Source: Eledone cirrhosa
Lineage: Eukaryota
NCBI GenBank assembly: GCA_964016885.1
Contig: OZ024755.1
Location: 30,194,001 to 30,258,000 of the forward strand
Length of the DNA stretch: 64,000 nt
Direction: 5' to 3'
Part shown: in pieces, positions 59,355-64,000 of the stretch
Layout: each line of letters begins with the position of its first letter
How positions within the stretch are numbered: position 1 is the stretch's first letter
Translations under genes and position numbers: made by a program
The notes under the pieces: generated by a model
Databases searched by the model: none
Told to the model about the DNA's origin: nothing
What the model saw: only the letters and a program-made list of their open reading frames with translations

Positions 59355-60186
59355 AGCTATATGAGTCAATAAATCTCAATCGGCTTAATCAGCATTGAAT
59401 GCTAAACGGAAGAATCTCTTTGTCGCAGGGTGAGTAAATAGTAAACGGATTTTGAAAGGATTTTGTACAGAATGCGTAGAGAGCAGGGAGATATCTAGTT
59501 TGGAATAACAACAGCAAATATTTAGCGAAAATTAAGTTACCTAGATAATAGTCGGTTTCTGCTGTATTCGGCTAAATGCTCAACACATATTTGCAGCAAT
59601 TGCATAACCAAGTGGATCAGTTAGGCTTCATCTGCAGATATCTAGCTAGTTCAGTTTATAGACTAGGACTTGACAAGCTAAAAATAGCTTCATACCTCGA
59701 CATTTGACAAACCCATGAGTGTTTATATTATAGACATTTCTTGTCGTATTGTTGCTCCAAATCAACAGGATCGATAAATGAGTTTCTTTAGAAATACGAA
59801 ATTCCAATACATATCTGTATACAGCTATGCTCGAAGCTAAATCCCAATTCTATTCTATTATAAATTGAGCTAACTTATACAGCTTTATATGCAAATGAGA
59901 TTAATCACCTCATTTACACAAACGAGAAAACTATATATTCTCGCCTGATTTCAAAGTCCAGCAGTTGCAAGAGCGGGAGGGATCGTTCTGATGAGAACCA
60001 GTCCAGTTCGAAATGCGCATTGACGATTGTCCCCCTTGCCTCTGCTGGACACCATCAGGCGGCGATAGCCGGGGTAATTTTGCATAGCTACAGCTTTCTA
60101 AATGTTTATTATAAACATACAGTATTTCTTTAGAAATACGAAATTCCAATACATATCTGTATACAACTATGCTCCAAGCTAAATCC

Positions 60187-60227
<41 letters not shown>

Positions 60228-60230
<3 letters not shown>

Positions 60231-60335
60231 AACGAGTAGGACCCCGACGGCTGAGCTCAAGCCGTTTCGACGGCTAATTCTGGACGAATTTAGTGCGTTA
60301 TGGTCCACCGGGTTCCTTACCACATTTCCTTCGTT
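60228..60335. mobile_element. Family C element, rearranged
   Basis: GGAACGAGTAGGACCCCGACGG...TTCTGGAC is joined to the inverted end GTGCGTTATGGTCC...CCTTCGTTA. Confidence 0.75.
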
Positions 60336-60348
60336 ATATATATATATA

Positions 60349-60406
<58 letters not shown>

Positions 60407-60554
60407 TATATATATATATAATTATATATATATATATATATAATTATATATATATATATATAATTTTGAAACGGAGTGGTCGGAAGAACCGATATATCTG
60501 CGACCATTTCCTCACTCAATGTTTTAATTAAGCCATCATCATCATTAATAATAA

Positions 60555-60738
60555 TGTTTCTACTTTAGGCACAAGGCCAGCAATTTTTCAGTGCATTACT
60601 GGTACTTTATTTTATCGACCCCGTAAGGATGAAAGGCAAAGTCAACCTCGTCGGGATTTGAACTCAGATCGTAAAGGGACGTAACTATGCTGGAAAGCAT
60701 GGCGTCCGACCCTCTACTGATACTGCCAATCCACCACC
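60555..60738 (-). mobile_element. SINE family 1, full-length
   Basis: Direct match to the family consensus. Confidence 0.9.
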
Positions 60739-60752
60739 TTATTATTATTATT

Positions 60753-60810
<58 letters not shown>

Positions 60811-61320
60811 TACCACATTCTGAGAAGTGGTATGAGCATAAGCCAGAGTCGGTGATAGAAAACGATCAGGTGAAGGTGCTGTGGGATTTTAGGATACAGA
60901 CGGACAAGAAACTGGAACACAATAGATCTGACCTGGTGGTTGTGGACAAAGAAAAAAGATCGTGCCTGATTGTGGATGTGGCCTGCCCATTCGACACGAG
61001 AGTGCAAGAGAAGGAGAGGGAGAAAATTAACCGATATCAGGACTTAAAGTGGGAGGTAAAAATGATTTGGAACTGCCATGAAGTCAAAGTGGTCCCGGTT
61101 GTCATAGGCGCACTAGATACTATCTCAAAAGGTTTCCAGGGATGGTTAAAGAAAATTGGCCCCTTCACGCATTTTGGAACGCTTCAAAAGGCATGCTTGC
61201 TGGGAACAGCAAGAACCCTCCGATACGTCCTGAATATCTGAGGTTGCAGGTAGTGGCTTGATATTCATTTCAACAAACTTTCCAGTTAACTAACATCAAT
61301 GACTGAGACTCAAAGAATAA
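60811..61320 (+). mobile_element. R4/Dong-like LINE 3' end (restriction-like endonuclease) inserted in (TAA)n
   Basis: WYEHKPESVIEND..KVLWDF.IQTD...HNRSDLVV.D....IVDVACP.D...EK..RY.DL, VVPVVIGAL, LQKA.LLGT; (TAA)n on both sides. Confidence 0.92.
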
Positions 61321-62289
61321 TAATAATAATAATAATAATTTCGTTTTTTAAATGTCCAAGCTATTACAAATCAATTTATTTAGGACTAATTTATCCAGTG
61401 GTTTCATTAATAGAGTTTTATTTGGCGATTGAGGGTGTATTGATTGCCATGTTTAGAGGAATTAGCAACCATGTTGACACTATTGTGTTGGGTTCAAATA
61501 TGTTGTTTGAGTAAGTCTATGTTAAAATGATTTCCATCCGTGTCATTACGTTTCCCTTTCGGACACAATGTTATTAGCACATTTATTCGATTTGTTTCCC
61601 CATCATGATTTAAGGTGGTAAGGAATGATTAAATTATAATTCTACTTTGTGTAACAAAAGCATTGTAGATTCTCATTTTAGCTCATAAGTAACAGTGGTG
61701 ATAGCAGATTCTTCTTTGCTGGCTTGAAGTCTTCTTCTATAAGAGTCTTCATATTTATCTTAACTTGAAGAAGGGAGATTTTGAGTAAGACAAAATAAGC
61801 AGTGTTATTGTCGTTGTTTAATTTTATGTAAGCTCACGTCAAAATCGCCCCACGCTTGGCCATTCCGAACTTTTCTATATTAAGGACAACAAAGTCTTGT
61901 TGCAATGTCTACAATGGCAGGCAGAAATTCGATGGAGTGTTTGAGGTTATTCCTATCAGGTCTAGCGGCAGGGTATATGTTTGCATTAAAGGGATTGTAA
62001 TGGGGCGCGCTTCTTTTCGCCCCAGTTTCAAACTTTCAGACGTGTAATATTAATCGATAATCTCTTATTTGTACATCAAGTACTGATTGATTAATATAAA
62101 ATTGTAGAACATATATTTATTCATATTCTCGAAATATATCATCAAATAAACGAAAAGTGCGAAAATGCTAAAGAAATTAGACAAAAGTAAATGTACGTAT
62201 GTATGTATTATGCAGACATGTAGACCAATCCGCCATCTCCAAGTCTTTATGAAATGTAAATATATATAAGACATGCATACATATCTCTC

Positions 62290-62358
<69 letters not shown>

Positions 62359-62589
62359 TGCAAATCACGCAACTCAGAGTAGCAAAAGTAAGTAATTCTA
62401 ATAACATCTTACAATATATATATATATATTATATATATATGTATATATATATATATGTGTGTGTGTGTGAGTGTGTTTGTGTGTGTGTGCGTGTGTGTGT
62501 GTGAGTGTGTTTGTGTGTGTGAGCGCCTGTGTGTGTGTATGTGTGTGTTTATACATGAATATATAAATATAAATGCACATACTACATAA

Positions 62590-62639
<50 letters not shown>

Positions 62640-62732
62640 TTATATATTTGAAATGCGCAACCAGTAAACACACTTAAAACTAACACTGAATACTAACCAA
62701 TACAATTACTAATTTATACTTATTCCTAATTA

Positions 62733-63915
<1,183 letters not shown>

Positions 63916-64000
63916 CACATGCATAATACACACACACCAGCAATCATGTATTCTAGTTTATCTTACCTCTGGTATTGAGTGTTTGTAACTTTATTTTCCC

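Overview
AT-rich, microsatellite-saturated eukaryotic DNA, most likely from an octopus or other cephalopod (inferred from the SINE types and the (TA)n/(TACA)n density). Nearly all long ORFs in the track are microsatellite artefacts. Supportable content: (i) fragments of several retroelement lineages (RTE, RTE-BovB-like, L1/Tx1, R4/Dong, CRE-like, and a Neptune-type Penelope GIY-YIG fragment); (ii) about 25 tRNA-derived SINE copies or fragments, Helitrons, Tc1/mariner and hAT MITEs, and several minisatellites; (iii) exons of a probable small secreted or GPI-anchored Thr-rich glycoprotein gene on the minus strand. The main result is a dense set of short non-coding elements from several sequence-unrelated families, all embedded in (TA)n. 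They carry type I hammerhead ribozyme motifs (9 intact or near-intact, folded by eye, plus degenerate and half motifs). Several share a fold-back layout: an inverted copy starting at a fixed nucleotide, then a direct copy with a short 3' tail. They look like non-autonomous Penelope pseudo-LTR/retrozyme-like elements. All folds and family assignments were made by eye, without database searches.
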